Shown here: positions 35,771 through 49,289 of the stretch, in pieces | Layout of the letters: every line of letters begins with the position of its first letter | How positions within the stretch are numbered: the stretch's first letter is position 1 | Source: Octopus sinensis | Lineage: Eukaryota | Assembly: GCF_006345805.1 (NCBI RefSeq) | Contig: NW_021833836.1 | Span: forward strand, 1-54,554 | DNA length: 54,554 bases | Direction: 5' to 3' | Translations under genes and position numbers: made by a program | The notes under the pieces: model-generated | What the model was told of the DNA's origin: nothing | Databases searched by the model: none | The model's input: only the letters and a program-made list of their open reading frames with translations

Positions 35771-36636
35771 GTTTCTCATTGTGTTCGACGTTTTTTTGGT
35801 GTCCTGTACCCATATATGCATGTATATATACATGTAGAGGTAGGTACGTACATATATGTATGTATATATGCATATGTTTTATTTATTTATTTATATATGA
35901 CTGAACGCACGCATCCATTTCTAAGTAAGATTGTTCTTAATATTAATAATGATGCACACTCTTAACCTTTCTCTCCCCCTTCTTTTGGCTTTCCTTTTCT
36001 TCTACCTTACTGTCTCTCTCTCATTCTTCATTCTTTTCTCTACCACCATCCCCGTTTTTTCTCTCCCTTTCTCTTACTCCTCCTCCTCCGTCCCGTCGCG
36101 GTCACGTGATGAGATGCCTATTTCTGTCTTTTCTTCTCCAGCTTCCTCCAAGTAGGGACGGTAAAATCTGTTTCTCTGCCGATCCCAAAGAATAGCGTTC
36201 GTAAAATTTTTTTATCTCGTTTGGCTTAACAGCCTTTCTTGTTTGTGTTACTGTTATTCTCTGTTGTCCTGTTTATATTTTGTACTGTCGCTACTGTCCT
36301 GTTTTTGTTACCATTTTTACCCCTCCGTGAAAAAATCTCAAATTTTATTTAATTTGATTTTCGCGGGAAGGAAAATTTCATTGAAGTCATGTATTGCCTG
36401 ACCTTCGAAACGTGGAGTAGATGAAATTAAGGTGACTGATGAAGGAGAATTTTCCTTGTTTGTATGTCCTGTACTCTATTTTCTCATAGTTTAAAAAAAT
36501 GTCCATTTCTTCGGTTTTGTGTTTATGTTTTCGTTTCTCATTGTGTTCGACGTTTTTTTGGTGTCCTGTACCCATATATGCATGTATATATACATGTAGA
36601 GGTAGGTACATACATATATGTATGTATATATGCATA

Positions 36637-36652
<16 letters not shown>
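35771..36652 (+). mobile_element. Partial-tandem element in (TA)n with a 120-bp terminal direct repeat (Penelope-like pLTR structure)
   Basis: 35771-35890 equals 36533-36652 with one mismatch (period 762 bp). CpG-rich interior, no coding ORF, and GAAACGT and CTGATGA motifs at 36407-36442. Confidence 0.6.
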
Positions 36653-36683
<31 letters not shown>

Positions 36684-36730
36684 TTTACACACACACACAC
36701 ACACACACACATGCATGCACATTTATATTA

Positions 36731-36953
36731 CAGCTGGCAGAAACGTTAGCACGCCAGGCAAAATGCGTAGCCATATTTCGTCTGTCACTACGTTCTGAGT
36801 TCAAATTCCGCCGAGGTCAACTTTGCCTTTCATTCTTTCAGGGTCGATAAATTAAGTACCAGTTACGCACTGAGGTTGATATAATCAACTTAATCCATTT
36901 GTCTGTCTTTGTTTGTCCCCTCTGTGTTTAGCCCCTTGTGGGTAGTAAAGAAA
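36731..36953 (+). mobile_element. SINE family C, young copy
   Basis: AGCTGGCAGAAACGTTAGCACGCC...; CpGs largely retained. Confidence 0.9.
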
Positions 36954-37015
36954 TATATATTACATTTATTGCAGTGTGTATGTGTGTCCTTGTGTGATAA
37001 ATGTCCATGTATATA

Positions 37016-37260
37016 TTGAGGCACACAACTTAGTGACTACACAGTGTTGGACTGACAATCATAAGACTGTGGTTCTGATTCCTGGACCGGGCAATGTGTT
37101 GCGTTCTTGAACAGTGCACTTCATTTCATGTTGCTCCAGTCCACTTGACTGGCAAAAATGAGTAATCCTGCAACAGGCTGGCATCCCATCCAGTGGGGAA
37201 TATATGTGCCATGGAAACCAGAAAGTCAGCCCCATGAGTCTATATGACTCATGAAGGATC
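37016..37260 (+). mobile_element. Degenerate SINE with a family D-type head
   Basis: TTCATGTTGCTCCAGTCCACTTGACTGGCAAAAATGAGT; a similar copy lies at 46135-46362. Confidence 0.7.
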
Positions 37261-37857
37261 ATGGGGATAACAAGTTTGCTTCACAATCATCTGTGTATCT
37301 GAGTGTTGGATTATTTTCAAAAAGTAAAAAGAAATGAATTTGCACAGTATTCTGGATACAGAATACCTACTTTAAGTCTTTTACTGCTGCGTGCCAACTG
37401 AACTCAGTATCAGAACAGCCCATTAATGCTTGCACCAACAGTCATTAGAGTGAAATATGGCTACTGACAGTTTGTGAGAGAGAAAACAATAACGATACAA
37501 AATGAGAGTAGAATAAATTATTTCAGAGAAGTGTGAATATATTTGTGACAATACTTGAGTATTTTCAAGTATTTTCAAAGTCAGATTAAGTTCCTCAGAT
37601 TGTTTCATGTATCAATATCGTATGTTTGCAAAAACAGAATGTATCAAAAGTAAAATATACAAATACACATGCACACATACTCACACACACTCACTCATAT
37701 ATGCACTCTCCCTCACACACACACTTTCATACACACACACACACATGTCCATATAGTTTTTAGAATATAAGAACACAATTTTAGTCTTCTTACAAAAAGT
37801 GGACAAAGTGGTTCCACCATAGGCTTTTAAATCTCAGTGGGAGAAAAATTACATCAA

Positions 37858-37896
37858 TCTGATTAGTTTCCAGTCTTACTAAGCCTTCATCAGAGA
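37858..37896 (-). ncRNA. Degenerate minimal hammerhead motif
   Basis: UCU-CUGAUGA-A-GGCUU-AGU-AAGAC-UG-GAAAC-UA-AUC-AGA, with mismatches in stems II and III. Confidence 0.4.
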
Positions 37897-38227
37897 AAAG
37901 AAGTCTGTCTTTAGTACAGAGAGAGATTAGTAGCTTATAGTTGTATATAGTGTACACAAACTAGGACTTAAGTAAACTGCTCACTTTAATATGTATAACA
38001 ATGGATACACTGACAACATAGCTTGGTTTTATTGGCTGGATGCTACTCCTGTCACAAATCATTTCTTGTTCATATGGACTGGTGCATTTTTATCATGCCA
38101 CTACCATTAGAGATGTAGTCTTCTATGACTGAAAAATTATACCCCTCACCACTACACCTTTTTTTCATAAGCTATCTTCTACGTCCCTCTTCAGCTGAGC
38201 ATTCCTATTTTTTCAGACTCATAGGTA

Positions 38228-38484
38228 TTGGTACCATGTAAAAAAAGCACTCGTGCCAGTTCCACATAGGAGCCCCTAGGCCAATGCTGTGTAAAGGTAC
38301 TCACTACACTCTGTAAAGTAGTTGGTGTTAGGAAGGGCATCCAGCCATAGAAACCATGCCAAAAACAGGCATGAACCCAGACAGTTTTTCAGCTGGCCAG
38401 TCCCAGTCAAGCAGTCCAACCCATGCCAGCATGGAGACCGGATTGATGATGATGATGATAATAATGATGATGGCGATGATGATT
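38228..38484 (+). mobile_element. Family B retroposon 3' end with (GAT)n tail
   Basis: TTAGGAAGGGCATCCAGCC...CCAACCCATGCCAGCATGG. Confidence 0.75.
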
Positions 38485-38841
38485 ATATTGAGTTTATTCA
38501 GACTGCCAAAATTCTTAGATGAATTATTCCCACTGTTGCTATGAAGCCATACCTCTTCAAATAGATAAGGCAGGGAAATTGCTATGTTTCAAGCAACTCT
38601 CATACTTTGGCAAAAGGGCAAAAGAGGTGGAGGGTCAGTATGAAGCAGATGACCAGTGGTAATGCAAAAGAATTCATAGTACAAGGCAAGAGTACATTAG
38701 AATTGGGTATATGGTAAGAGAGGGGGGATTTCGATACCATGTTATTAGTTTAGACTAGTGGTTCTCAACTGTTGTTTTATCTATGGATCTCTTTGGTTAT
38801 TGTTTTACTCTAGCGAACCCCCATAGCCATTTGATGGTTAA

Positions 38842-39061
38842 TCCTTTAGCATTCAGATTATTCTGTCAAATGCAATGCTTAGTTATTCTCGTGGTTTTCC
38901 ATAAGTCATGAATTCTCTCACAATTTGGAGATTTCGATGATATAACTGTTGATTTTTAGAATGAAATTGTTAGGTTGGTGTGAGAAGCCTGATCTGACCA
39001 GTTTGAACATAAAACAGCAAGAATGCTTTGGACAGGTGTGGCTAGTTTAAATGCTAAACGG
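38842..39061 (+). mobile_element. piggyBac-like MITE with TTAA TSD
   Basis: TTAA-TCCTTTAGCATTCA...TAAATGCTAAACGG-TTAA. Confidence 0.85.
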
Positions 39062-39121
39062 TTAAATGCTACTTTTATTGATACTTCTTTCGAAATTCCT
39101 ATTTTGCTTCTCACTCATCCT

Positions 39122-39343
39122 CTTACTCTCTTTACTCTTTTACTCTTTTACTTGTTTCAGTCATTTGACTGTGGACATGCTGGGGCACCAGCTTTAGTCG
39201 ATCAAATTGACCCCAGGATAAATTCTTTGTAAGCCTAGTACTTATTCTATTGGTCTCTTTTGCCGAACCACTAAGTTACAGGGGCGTAAACACATCAGCA
39301 TCGGTTGTCAAGCGATGTTGGGGGGCCTGACTCAGACACACAA

Positions 39344-39378
<35 letters not shown>

Positions 39379-39554
39379 CATACATATATACAACGGGCTT
39401 CTTTCAGTTTCCATCTACCAAATCCACTCATAAGGCTTTGGTTGGCCCGAGGCTATAGTAGAAGGCACTTGCCCGAGGTGCCATGCAGTGGGATTGAACC
39501 CAGAACCATGTGGTTGGTAAGCAAACTACTTACCACACAGCCACTCCTGCGCCT
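39122..39554 (-). mobile_element. SINE family A, full length
   Basis: Reverse-complement copy with an AAAAGAGT tail. Confidence 0.9.
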
Positions 39555-39879
39555 CACTCTCACGTAGATTAGCAATAACACTCACTGAGAAAAGATGCTT
39601 CAGTGGCCAGAAACATGTTGAACTATGTAAAACATTAGTGAAAGAAACCAAGTTATTTCTGCAGTAAATACATTTGGATCCCTAAAAATTATGCAAACCC
39701 CCAATTTACTATTTTGCTACTCCCAAGTTTTATATGGATCCCCCACCCCCAGGGGTCATAGGGATCCTGGTTAAGAACTACTGATTCAGACTATTAGCAT
39801 ACTTGCCAGTATAGGAGGTTGGATAGAGAGGGTAGAATCCAACCATGATATGCATACATAGAGATATCTGCCAGCTCAT

Positions 39880-39996
39880 CTCCCTGATTTTATCAGTCAC
39901 ACACACACACGTGTGTGTGTGTGTGCATGTGTATATATCCACACACAATAAATATGTGCACATGTTTGTAAGTGGGGCATTTCTCTTCCTCTCTTT

Positions 39997-40027
<31 letters not shown>

Positions 40028-41490
40028 CGTAGAAACAGTGAAGAAAAGATATACATAAATATATTGGTAGACAGATTGATGAAGAGATAAATATAGATAA
40101 ATACACACACACATACATGCACACAAACCCACAAAATCATTTATACATACATGCACACACATATATATATATACAGACACAGACATTACATTTATTTTGG
40201 TTTAACACTTATAGGCAATATAACAATACATAGCAAACCTAAACACCACATAAATAAAAAGGAGGCACAAAACACGGATATATATGCATGTATATGTGTG
40301 TGTATATTTTACATATGTACAATATATAAAAACACATAGATATATGCCTATAAACACACAAATCTATCTATGTACAGATACACACACACACACACACACA
40401 TTAGTATGTATATACCTAAGTTCAACACAAAAAAAAAGACAAAAGAAACAAAACCATCAGGTGTATCTTATAACACAATTATGTACACATGGGCACACAT
40501 GAACTCAAATTCATGAAAATCAAACAAAATACACACGGAATCATACATACCAAACATAGATGCATACATGTGCATATATATATATATATATATATATACA
40601 CATGCATATACACATACCTATATATCTATATATACATATATACAAGCAAATATATAATTATGCAAATATATATATATACATATATATACACATAAATATA
40701 TATATATATATATATAAATGCATATAGATATATATATGCAAATATATATTTATATATATATTATATATATATATATATATACATATATAGATAGATAGAT
40801 AGATATATACACACACACATATATATATATATATACACATATACATGCATACATATATACAAACACATAAATTGATTTATAGCATATAAGCATAGTATAT
40901 TTGGTTTCTGTTTTGGGATTTTTCTTTCTTTGTTTCTCTCTTTCTTTCTTTCTTTCTTTCTTTCTTCTTTCTTTCTTTCTGTGGTCTGCTTTATTTTTAA
41001 TCGCTATATTTCTCTCTTTGTGTCTATCTAGTGGGGAATCATATTTCCATCGCTAAACACAAACCCTTTTAAGTGATTATCTCTTAGAAAAATAATAACA
41101 AATTACAAAACAAAAAAAACTAAAACAAAAGGAAAAAATAAATGAAGAAAAAGTAAAATGTGAAACAAAAAAAAAAAGACAATGAAAATAAAATCTCATG
41201 AATGCATTGATCAGACTAGAAAACAAGTCTTCAGTCTTGAACTTGCTCACCTGTTTCGACTAACTCACTATCTCAGCTATTTAAAACAAATATACATACA
41301 TACATATGTACATGCCTATGAACGTATGTATGTATGTATGTATGTATGTATGTATGTATGTATGTATGTATGTATGTATGTATGTATGTATGTATGTATG
41401 TGTGTGTGTATGTATGTATGTTTGTATGAATGTATGTATGTATGTATGTATGTATGTATGTATGTACGCATGTACATTTATGTATATGCT

Positions 41491-41532
<42 letters not shown>

Positions 41533-41806
41533 CATATATATATATATACATTATATATACATGTATGCATGTAGAATATATATAAATATGTGTGTATGTG
41601 TGTGTGTATATATATATACATATATGTATATATAAACACACACACACACACGTATATAATATATATATACACATATATATATATATTAGAGAGAGAGAGA
41701 GAAGATGAGGGAGATACATACGTTATATTTATGTGTTATACATAAATATAAGTATTATATATAATTTATGCCATATGTATATCATTCTGTATCACACACA
41801 CACACA

Positions 41807-41840
<34 letters not shown>

Positions 41841-42090
41841 TATGAATTTATACATGTGTATATATTTGTGTGTGTGTGTAACTATAGATTTATATATACA
41901 CATATAAATATATATAGATACAGACCTATTTTTTCCTATTTATCTATACACGCACACATGCATATGAGCACACACACACACACACACACACATATGTGTG
42001 TGCGTGTGTGTGTACATATATATATATGTATATGCACACATACATACACAATAAATATACATACATATTTTATTCCTACATGTATGTGTC

Positions 42091-42140
<50 letters not shown>

Positions 42141-42220
42141 TAAAATATATACACTCACATAAAGAGATGCACACAACACACGGAGTCCCACATCACAACA
42201 CACACAACAACAACAATGTC
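39880..42220. repeat. Extended field of degenerate (TA)n/(CA)n/(TATG)n microsatellite
   Basis: Directly visible; it is the source of many spurious Y/I/C/V/H/T ORFs. Confidence 0.9.
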
Positions 42221-42540
42221 CAAATCAAAGGATAGCGGAAAACTTTAGGTAAACAGAAATTAATATAAAAGTATAGAAAGTTGAGTTATACTATCTACGA
42301 TACGGCATAATGATTTCAGAGATTGAAATCCATTTTATTTGCTTCTGTTCTGTTGTTTATATTACAATATTGATCTTTCATGGTTCCTTTTAAGAGAATG
42401 GAATGATTTGCAGTAAATGTGTTTAACCCTTTCTTGTTTAAAAAGACCTGACTGAAAAACAAAAAAGAATTGCTGTTAAAAAAAAAAACTGTTATTACTA
42501 ATACTACTGTTACTATTAATGATAATAATCATAATGATAA

Positions 42541-43183
42541 TGGTTTCAAATTTAGGCACAAGGCCAGTAATTTCAGAGGAGGGGCTAAGTCAATTACATT
42601 AACCCCAATGTTCCACTGGTACTTATTTTATCGATCTTGAAAGAATGAAAGGCAAAGTCGACCTTGGCTAAATTTGAACTCAGAACATAAGGATGGATGA
42701 AGTCTCGCTAAGCATTCTGCCACCTTGCTGCTTTAATGATAATAAAAATAGTCTTGATAATAAAAATAATAATGATCCTTTCTACTAAAGGCACAAGGCC
42801 TGAAATTGGGAGGAGAGGATTAGTCAATTATGATAATGCCAGTCTAGCCAATTACACATTGACCCCACAAGCTTAACTAGAACTTATTTTATCAACCTTG
42901 AAAGAATAAAAGATAAAGTAAACCTCAGTAGAATTTTAACACAAAATATAAAGATCATAACTTTGCCCTAAATGGGATGCTAGTCCAATGCAGAGCTCAA
43001 GGCCAGCAATTTTGAGTGCAGGGGACATGTTGAGCATTTGATTGGTTCTCATTTTATCGACCCTCAAAGGATGAAAGGCAAAATTAGGATTGGTGAAATT
43101 TGAACTGAGAGCATAAAGCACCAGAAGTAATCCTGCTAAGAATTTTGTCCAATGTGTTAACAATTCTGTCCAGCTCACCACCA
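42541..43183 (-). mobile_element. Cluster of about three SINE family C copies
   Basis: Repeated GGCACAAGGCC...ATGAAAGGCAAA units separated by (TAA)-rich spacers. Confidence 0.8.
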
Positions 43184-43280
43184 TTATTATTTCATATTCC
43201 TGTTCAATTCAATTCAAGCAAACAAAGCTTCAAAACTCTTGAATCTTAAACATATTGTTCCTGTCTAATACTTTGTAATA

Positions 43281-43458
43281 CGCTTGACAACTGATGCTGG
43301 TGTGTTTACGTCCCAGTTATTTAGCGGTTTGGCAAAAGAGACTGATAGAATAAGTACTAGGCTTACAAAGAACAAGTCCTGGGGTCGATTTGCTCGACTA
43401 AAGGTGGTGCTCCAGCATGGCACAGTCAAATGACTGAAAAAAGTAAAAGAGTAAAGAG
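43281..43458 (+). mobile_element. SINE family A, 3' half
   Basis: CGCTTGACAACTGATGCTGG...AAAAGAGTAAAGAG. Confidence 0.85.
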
Positions 43459-43461
43459 CAA

Positions 43462-44195
43462 AGAGTTCAAAAATGGGCAGATGAACTTAGGAGGGGAAGA
43501 CAGAGTCTTGAAGATGTCCCAATGTTTGGACGTCCTATAACTACCTCGACAAAGGTAATCACTGATTGTGTTCACCAATGGTGATGGATGAGAGGCTATA
43601 AATCAAATAGCCAGTGCTATTAACATATCTTGTGAAAAAGTTAAGAATATTCTATACAATGAACTTAGTATGATGAAGGTTTCCCCTCAGTTGGTGCCAC
43701 ATCTTCTGACACCTGATCAAAAGCACACCAGACTATTCACATCACAGGAAAATCTGATATTGTTTGAGGCAGATCCAGGTGGTTTCCTTGAACGTTTCCT
43801 AACTCAGGATAGGTGTTGGATTCATCACTTTGAGCAACAGGCAAAGTGACAATCTATGCAGTAGAAACAACCCTCCTCATCTGCTCCTAAGAAGGCGAAG
43901 GCCATTTCATCTGCAGGGAAACTGATGGCCTCAGTTTATTAGGATGCAAAAGAAATTGTTTATTGACTATCTTCAAAAAGGCCATACCATCAAATGTAGA
44001 GTAATATGCTAACTTGCTGAGGCAGTTATGAAAAGCTATCAAGGTCAAACATCTAGGAAAACTGATGAAAGGGGTCTTGTTTCATCAGGACAAAGCTCCA
44101 GCACATAAGTCCTTCATTTCAATGGCTATTGTGCATGACTGTGGATTTGAACTGGTTGATCAGCCACCTTATCCTCCTGATTAAGCTCTATCTGA
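43462..44195 (+). pseudogene. Degraded mariner transposase (irritans-like, third family), no TIRs left
   Basis: VQKWADELRRGRQSLED..GRP, KVSPQLVPHLLTPDQK, FLTQDRCWIHHFE, SAGKLMASVY*DAK, VLFHQDKAPAHKS and ELVDQPPYPPD*ALS. Absent from the ORF track because of stops. Confidence 0.9.
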
Positions 44196-44196
44196 A

Positions 44197-44586
44197 GTGG
44201 AAGGGAAAGTCAATCTTGGTGGAAGTTTAGGCAGGGGGGGGGGAGTCAATCTTGATGGAATTTAGACTTAGACTGTAAAACAGACAAAATTCCACTCAGC
44301 ATTTTGTCCAGTGAGCTAATGATTCTACCAGCTCACCACCTTAAGAGTAATAATAATTATTTCTACTATAGGCACAAGGCCTGAAAATTTGGAGGAGGGA
44401 GCTAGTCATTTTCATTACCCCAAATGCTCAACTGGTACTTAATTTATCAAACCTGAAAGGATGAAGGGCAAAAATCAATCTTGGCAGAATTTAAACTTAG
44501 AACGTGCAGATGGATGAAATGGCAGGACAAAATGCAACTAAGTATTTTGCTCAACATGCTAACAACCCTGCCAGCACACCACGTTA
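44197..44586 (-). mobile_element. Two SINE family C copies
   Basis: CCAGCTCACCACCTTAA head ends at about 44345 and 44586. Confidence 0.8.
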
Positions 44587-46497
44587 AGAATAACAATGAT
44601 GATGATGAGGATGATGAAGATAATGATGATATAAAAAAGCATTTTTTTTTTTTTTTTTGAGAAATAAAATATTTCCTTATTTACTCTTCCCTCCTCACTT
44701 CCCTCTAGAAAATACCAAGCAATCTTTCTGAAGTCTTCTAATATTTTTTTTTCAGATAATGCACACACATTTACTGCTTTACCATCAACAGTGAGGGTGA
44801 GGTGGTCATCTAAGTTATCTTCAGGCAGCTCAATGTTAGAATCATTTTGTTAAACGTCTCCACATCATTAATCAGAGATTTAGAATAAAGACTACAATTC
44901 ATAAATAGATAAATTATTTATTTATATGATCAATTCACAACTTGGAAATTATATTAAACCTTTAAATAAAAACATCATCTAGTTTAAACACCTACCCCAC
45001 CACCACTGCCTGGCCCTTGAGTGCCTTTAGCAGAGTTTTCTACTCAGCTGTAAGCATGTGGACCAAGGTTCTTTTCTGAGAATATTGCAATTTTTCTGTC
45101 TTCTCTCTTGCACCATCCCACTACCACCACCACTACCACCTCCATCACTAGTCTTTCGAAGCCATGAAAAAAAAAAGGTCATGAGCACTAACCTTCCTTC
45201 TCTGATTAAGAAAAAACATTTTTTTCTTTAAATAAATATAGAAGGCTCCACCGCTTCTTCAGCCCAGCAACCACCACTATAACAACACTCCCATAAAAAT
45301 GAAAGTAAAATCATCAGCTTATCTTAACAAAAGAGAATATTTACCACTTCTAAAAGACTTTACAGATTTTGTTTTTCTTGTTTTGTTTGTTTGTAAGTTT
45401 TCTTTTTGTTTTTTGATATTTTTCTGAGTTTTTTTTAGTTTTTTGGTTTTTTTTTCTGTTCTTCAAATCATTATCTTTCTGAGTTTGTCTTGACAAAAAC
45501 TGCAGCATAAATAGATGCGATCTCTTGTCAATGTTCAGAGACAAGATGTCTCGCGTGGATATTATTTTCATTCTAACTCATATAATAGCATTTCGATCAA
45601 GAGTGAATATTTACCCCATTCATCTTATTCCTCTCATAACATCTATCATAAGTCAATTTTACAATGGCTGGCTAATATTCTTTCTAACACTTAATTTTGT
45701 TTTCTATTTTGTTTTTTTTTTATTTTTATTTTTCAAGATAAGTAAAGTAAATAACCCTTACAGCACAAACATATACGCACCACACAACACAAGTACATGT
45801 AGAATTTACTAAACGAGAAAGAAGACATATGTATGAATACGTACAGGAAATAAAAGGAGCTTCCATCAATTTCAAAGATGAGTATTATTATTCTAGTTAT
45901 TTGATCAACAAAAGTACTTATCCACTCATTTGTACTGGCCTGTAAGAGGCAAAATATCTCCAGACACATGTATACTTAATGAGATATGATCAGGTAGACT
46001 CAGTATGACTTATGGGCACTTAGAAATTCACTCAATTTCAAGTTAGTCCAGAGTGAGCTCACTACGAGCAAATACTTTATTTATTTTTGCATCTCATAAT
46101 TCTACACATACACATATATATACATATATATATGTGGTTGGGTAATGGTTAGGATGTTGGACTCATGATTATAAGGTTTTGGTTTCGATTCCTGAACCTG
46201 ATGGTGCATTGTGTTCATGAGCAAAACATTTCGCACTATTCCAGACTGCTCAGCTGGCAGATATGAGTAATTCTGTGTCAGACTAGCGTCCTAACCAGGG
46301 GGTAAATATATGCACAACAGAAACTGGGAAACCAGCTTTATAAGTCTATATGGCTTGGGAAAGATCAGATCATGATCAAATGTACTAGATCTGTATCCCA
46401 ACCATCTCATCTTTTTGTATCATGGGGACTTTGTTGTCCAACATACCTGTCATTAAGCAAAGCCTCACCACATGAAACCATTAAAAGAATATCATGA

Positions 46498-46900
46498 CAC
46501 AGGTGTAGGCATGGTTGTGTGGTAAGAAGTTTGCTTCCCAACCCAACCACATGGTTCCAGCCCTGCATGGCACCTTGGGCAAGTACCTTCTACTATAGCC
46601 TCAAGCCAACCAAAGCCTAATGAATGGATTTAATAGATGGAAACTGGAAGAAGACCATCGTATAAGTATATATGTATGTAATGTGTCTTTGTGTCTGTGT
46701 TTGTCCCTCACCACCAATTGACAACTGGCATTAATGTGTTTACATTCCTGTAACTTAGCAGTTCAGCAAAAGACCTCAACAGAACTTTACAAAAACAATA
46801 AGTACTAGAGTCAATTCATTCAAGTAAAATTCTTCAAAATGGTGCCCCAGCAGAGTCACAGTCTCATGACTGAAACAAGTGAAAGGTAAAAGATAAAATA
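46498..46900 (+). mobile_element. SINE family A
   Basis: Head GGTGTAGGCATGGTTGTGTGGTAAG through the GACTGAAACAAG tail. Confidence 0.85.
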
Positions 46901-46916
46901 AAAAAGCTGAATATAT

Positions 46917-47345
46917 CAATTGCAAAACATGTGGAGGATAGCAAGAAGCAATCAACCATGTTGTCTCTGGATACCTGATCTGGTCTTAGCCAAGAAGATA
47001 CATCTACAGTTGTGACAAGAGTTGGTACTTTCATACACTGCAAAGTTATGTCAAGTGTTATGAAATTCCAGCAAAAAGAAGTGGTATAAACACACATCAT
47101 AAAATGTATCAAAGAAAGATAAAGTGCTTATATTGTAGAGCATGTTGATCAACACAAGTAGAAATAAAAGCAATTGGCCAAATATTTTAACGGAAAACCT
47201 AGTTAGGAAGCTCTTGCTAATCAAAGTATAATCTTAACAAGAGATAATGCTGTTCTAAAATATATAGAGAATTATTCAAATTCAAAAATCTGGAAATAGA
47301 GACAACCAGAATTTGGTGGACTAAAAGTAGACACAATTCTGACAA
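46917..47345 (+). pseudogene. Degraded R4/Dong-like LINE zinc knuckle and RLE region
   Basis: NCKTCGG*QEAINHVVSGY, KWYKH, NWPNI (RPD box) and FKFKNLEIETTRIW. Confidence 0.65.
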
Positions 47346-47469
47346 ATAATAGAATTTCTTAGATCTCTTCACCAAATCATACTCTATTTAAAATACCAAA
47401 ACTAAAAGGGATACACACACATAAACACACAGCCACACACACACACACATACATAAATAAAATACATGA

Positions 47470-47645
47470 CTTCAGCAACGTAACCACATACATGCTGTTG
47501 GTGATTTCTTTTCCTTCTTTGGAGTTTTCCCTTTCTCCTTTCCTATGAAGAGCTGTGCTTGAAACATCAAACTCTCTCTCTTCACCAAGCATCAAGCTAA
47601 TACATTCCTTGTGCACATCCTCTTGTTGTCTGTTAATTTTATTCA
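47470..47645 (+). mobile_element. Degenerate homolog of the 19677-19872 Penelope-like fragment with a decayed hammerhead (47539-47571)
   Basis: TTT-CCTATGA-A-GAGC-TGT-GCTT-GAAAC-ATC-AAA. Confidence 0.55.
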
Positions 47646-47674
47646 TCTATTTGAATTGATTGTTTATTTGAATT

Positions 47675-47721
<47 letters not shown>

Positions 47722-47725
<4 letters not shown>

Positions 47726-48119
47726 TACAGGAGTGGCTGTGTGGTAAGTAGCTTACTTACCAACCACATCGTTCCAGGTTCAGTCCCACTGTGTAGCAGC
47801 TTGGGCAAGAGTCTTCTACTGTAGCCTCAGCCCAACTAAAGCCTAGTGAGTGGATTTGGTAAATGGAAACTGAAAGAAGCCCATCATCTATATATATGTA
47901 TGTGTGTGTGTGTGTGCGTGTTTGCCTTTGTTTGTCCTCCACAACATCGCTTGACAACCGATGCTGGTGTGTTTACGTCCCTGTAACTTAGTGGTTCAGC
48001 GAAAGAGACCAATAGAATAAGTACTGGGCTTACAAAGAATAAGCCCTGGGGTCGATTTGCTTGACTAAAGGCAGTGCTCCAGCATGGCTACAGTCAAATG
48101 ACTGAAACAAATAAAAGAA
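47722..48119 (+). mobile_element. SINE family A, full length
   Basis: Near-consensus copy following (TA)n. Confidence 0.92.
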
Positions 48120-48339
48120 TATATGTATATATACATATACACACACAACATTAAAGAGAATGTAGTGACACTAATCATAAATGTCAACAGTATTGCTAAG
48201 AGAAAGTCAGCTCACTCATCTGCCAAACATATGTACCCTACTTCTAGGAAAATTAAAGGCATCATCTACCAGCCATAGTAGTCTGCTACTGACTAACACC
48301 ACCCTTCACACTCATGCTCTCCCACCATTATTGCAGTGT

Positions 48340-49000
48340 TGTGTTCATTGTTTTTAACAATATCTTCTATTGTGATCACTTTGCTGCCCATATACCTCCC
48401 AGAATTCTTCTACTTCCTTTACTGTTGGAATTACATTCATTTCTATTTTATTTTTACCTGAGTCTTGGTAAAATAGTTTGGGTTGGAACCGAACTATTGA
48501 TTTGTTCAAAGAAACTTGTCAGTCTTCATAAGATGGATTTGATTTTGTGATTTAGCAAGCATCTATCGTGTCAAACATTCTTTGATTTCAGATACTTCAG
48601 TTCTGTATCTCATAATTCTATAACATTTGCCTTTCTTCCTTGTTTTCAGTTTTTTTTCATTTTGCTATTGATTTCATCATGGACTGGTATACCTTTTCTC
48701 TTATTTTGTATCTTTTCTATACATTTGTTTTCCAAGCTGTCTATTTGGGCTTTGATACTCCTGCCTAAAAAGATCTGAAGGAGTACTCACTTTCCTTTTG
48801 AATAACACAGTAGCTGGATATACTATTACTCCAACCTAGTGATATTGATTTTCCTGTTTGTTTTTATTAAATCTGTGATGAACAGGTTTGTATTTTTCCT
48901 GGTGCCAATTTTATCATTGAAATGAGGTATTTTCAATGGCTCACTGAAGATCTACTGTTGTTTTTAATTTTTAATAATTATTTCCACCTTTAGATTGTTG
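48340..49000 (-). pseudogene. Degraded pre-RT region of an R4/Dong-like LINE ORF
   Basis: Minus strand reads LAKSQ.., NQ*FGSNPNYF and KNKIEMNVIPTVKEVEEFWEV..DHN. Confidence 0.6.
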
Positions 49001-49289
49001 TGTTCATAAATTCTCTCTATTATAGAAAATATGGAAGTATGTGCGTGGTTTTCAAAACTTAGGATGAAGCATGAATGCAGGAGAAACTGATGGACTAGAA
49101 ATCTATATTATAATATGACAGTATCCTATAAGAGACACTGCAAGTAGTGCTGTTAATCCATGGCTCATCCTCACTCTTGGAACAGAGTATGGCCAGGCAG
49201 TAAAAACCAAGATGGCATTTAGTAAAATGGTCCAGCTAGATTTGCTCGTCCAATGACCCTTAAAAAAAGCATAAGACAAACCAGCCTTG

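Larger units (their letters stand above)
38756..39783. mobile_element. hAT-like MITE carrying nested insertions
   Basis: TAGTGGTTCTCAAC ... GGTTAAGAACTACTG; flanks GTTTAGAC and ATTCAGAC match 6/8, a putative 8-bp TSD. Confidence 0.65.

Noticed and set aside
45517-45554. Short hairpin GCGATCTCTTGTC...GACAAGATGTCTCGC
   Set aside because: The stem is short and bulged, within chance expectation.
45801-45944. Open frame EFTKRERRHMYEYVQEIKG...
   Set aside because: No pyrimidine tract before the AG, no homology recognised, and the length is expected by chance.
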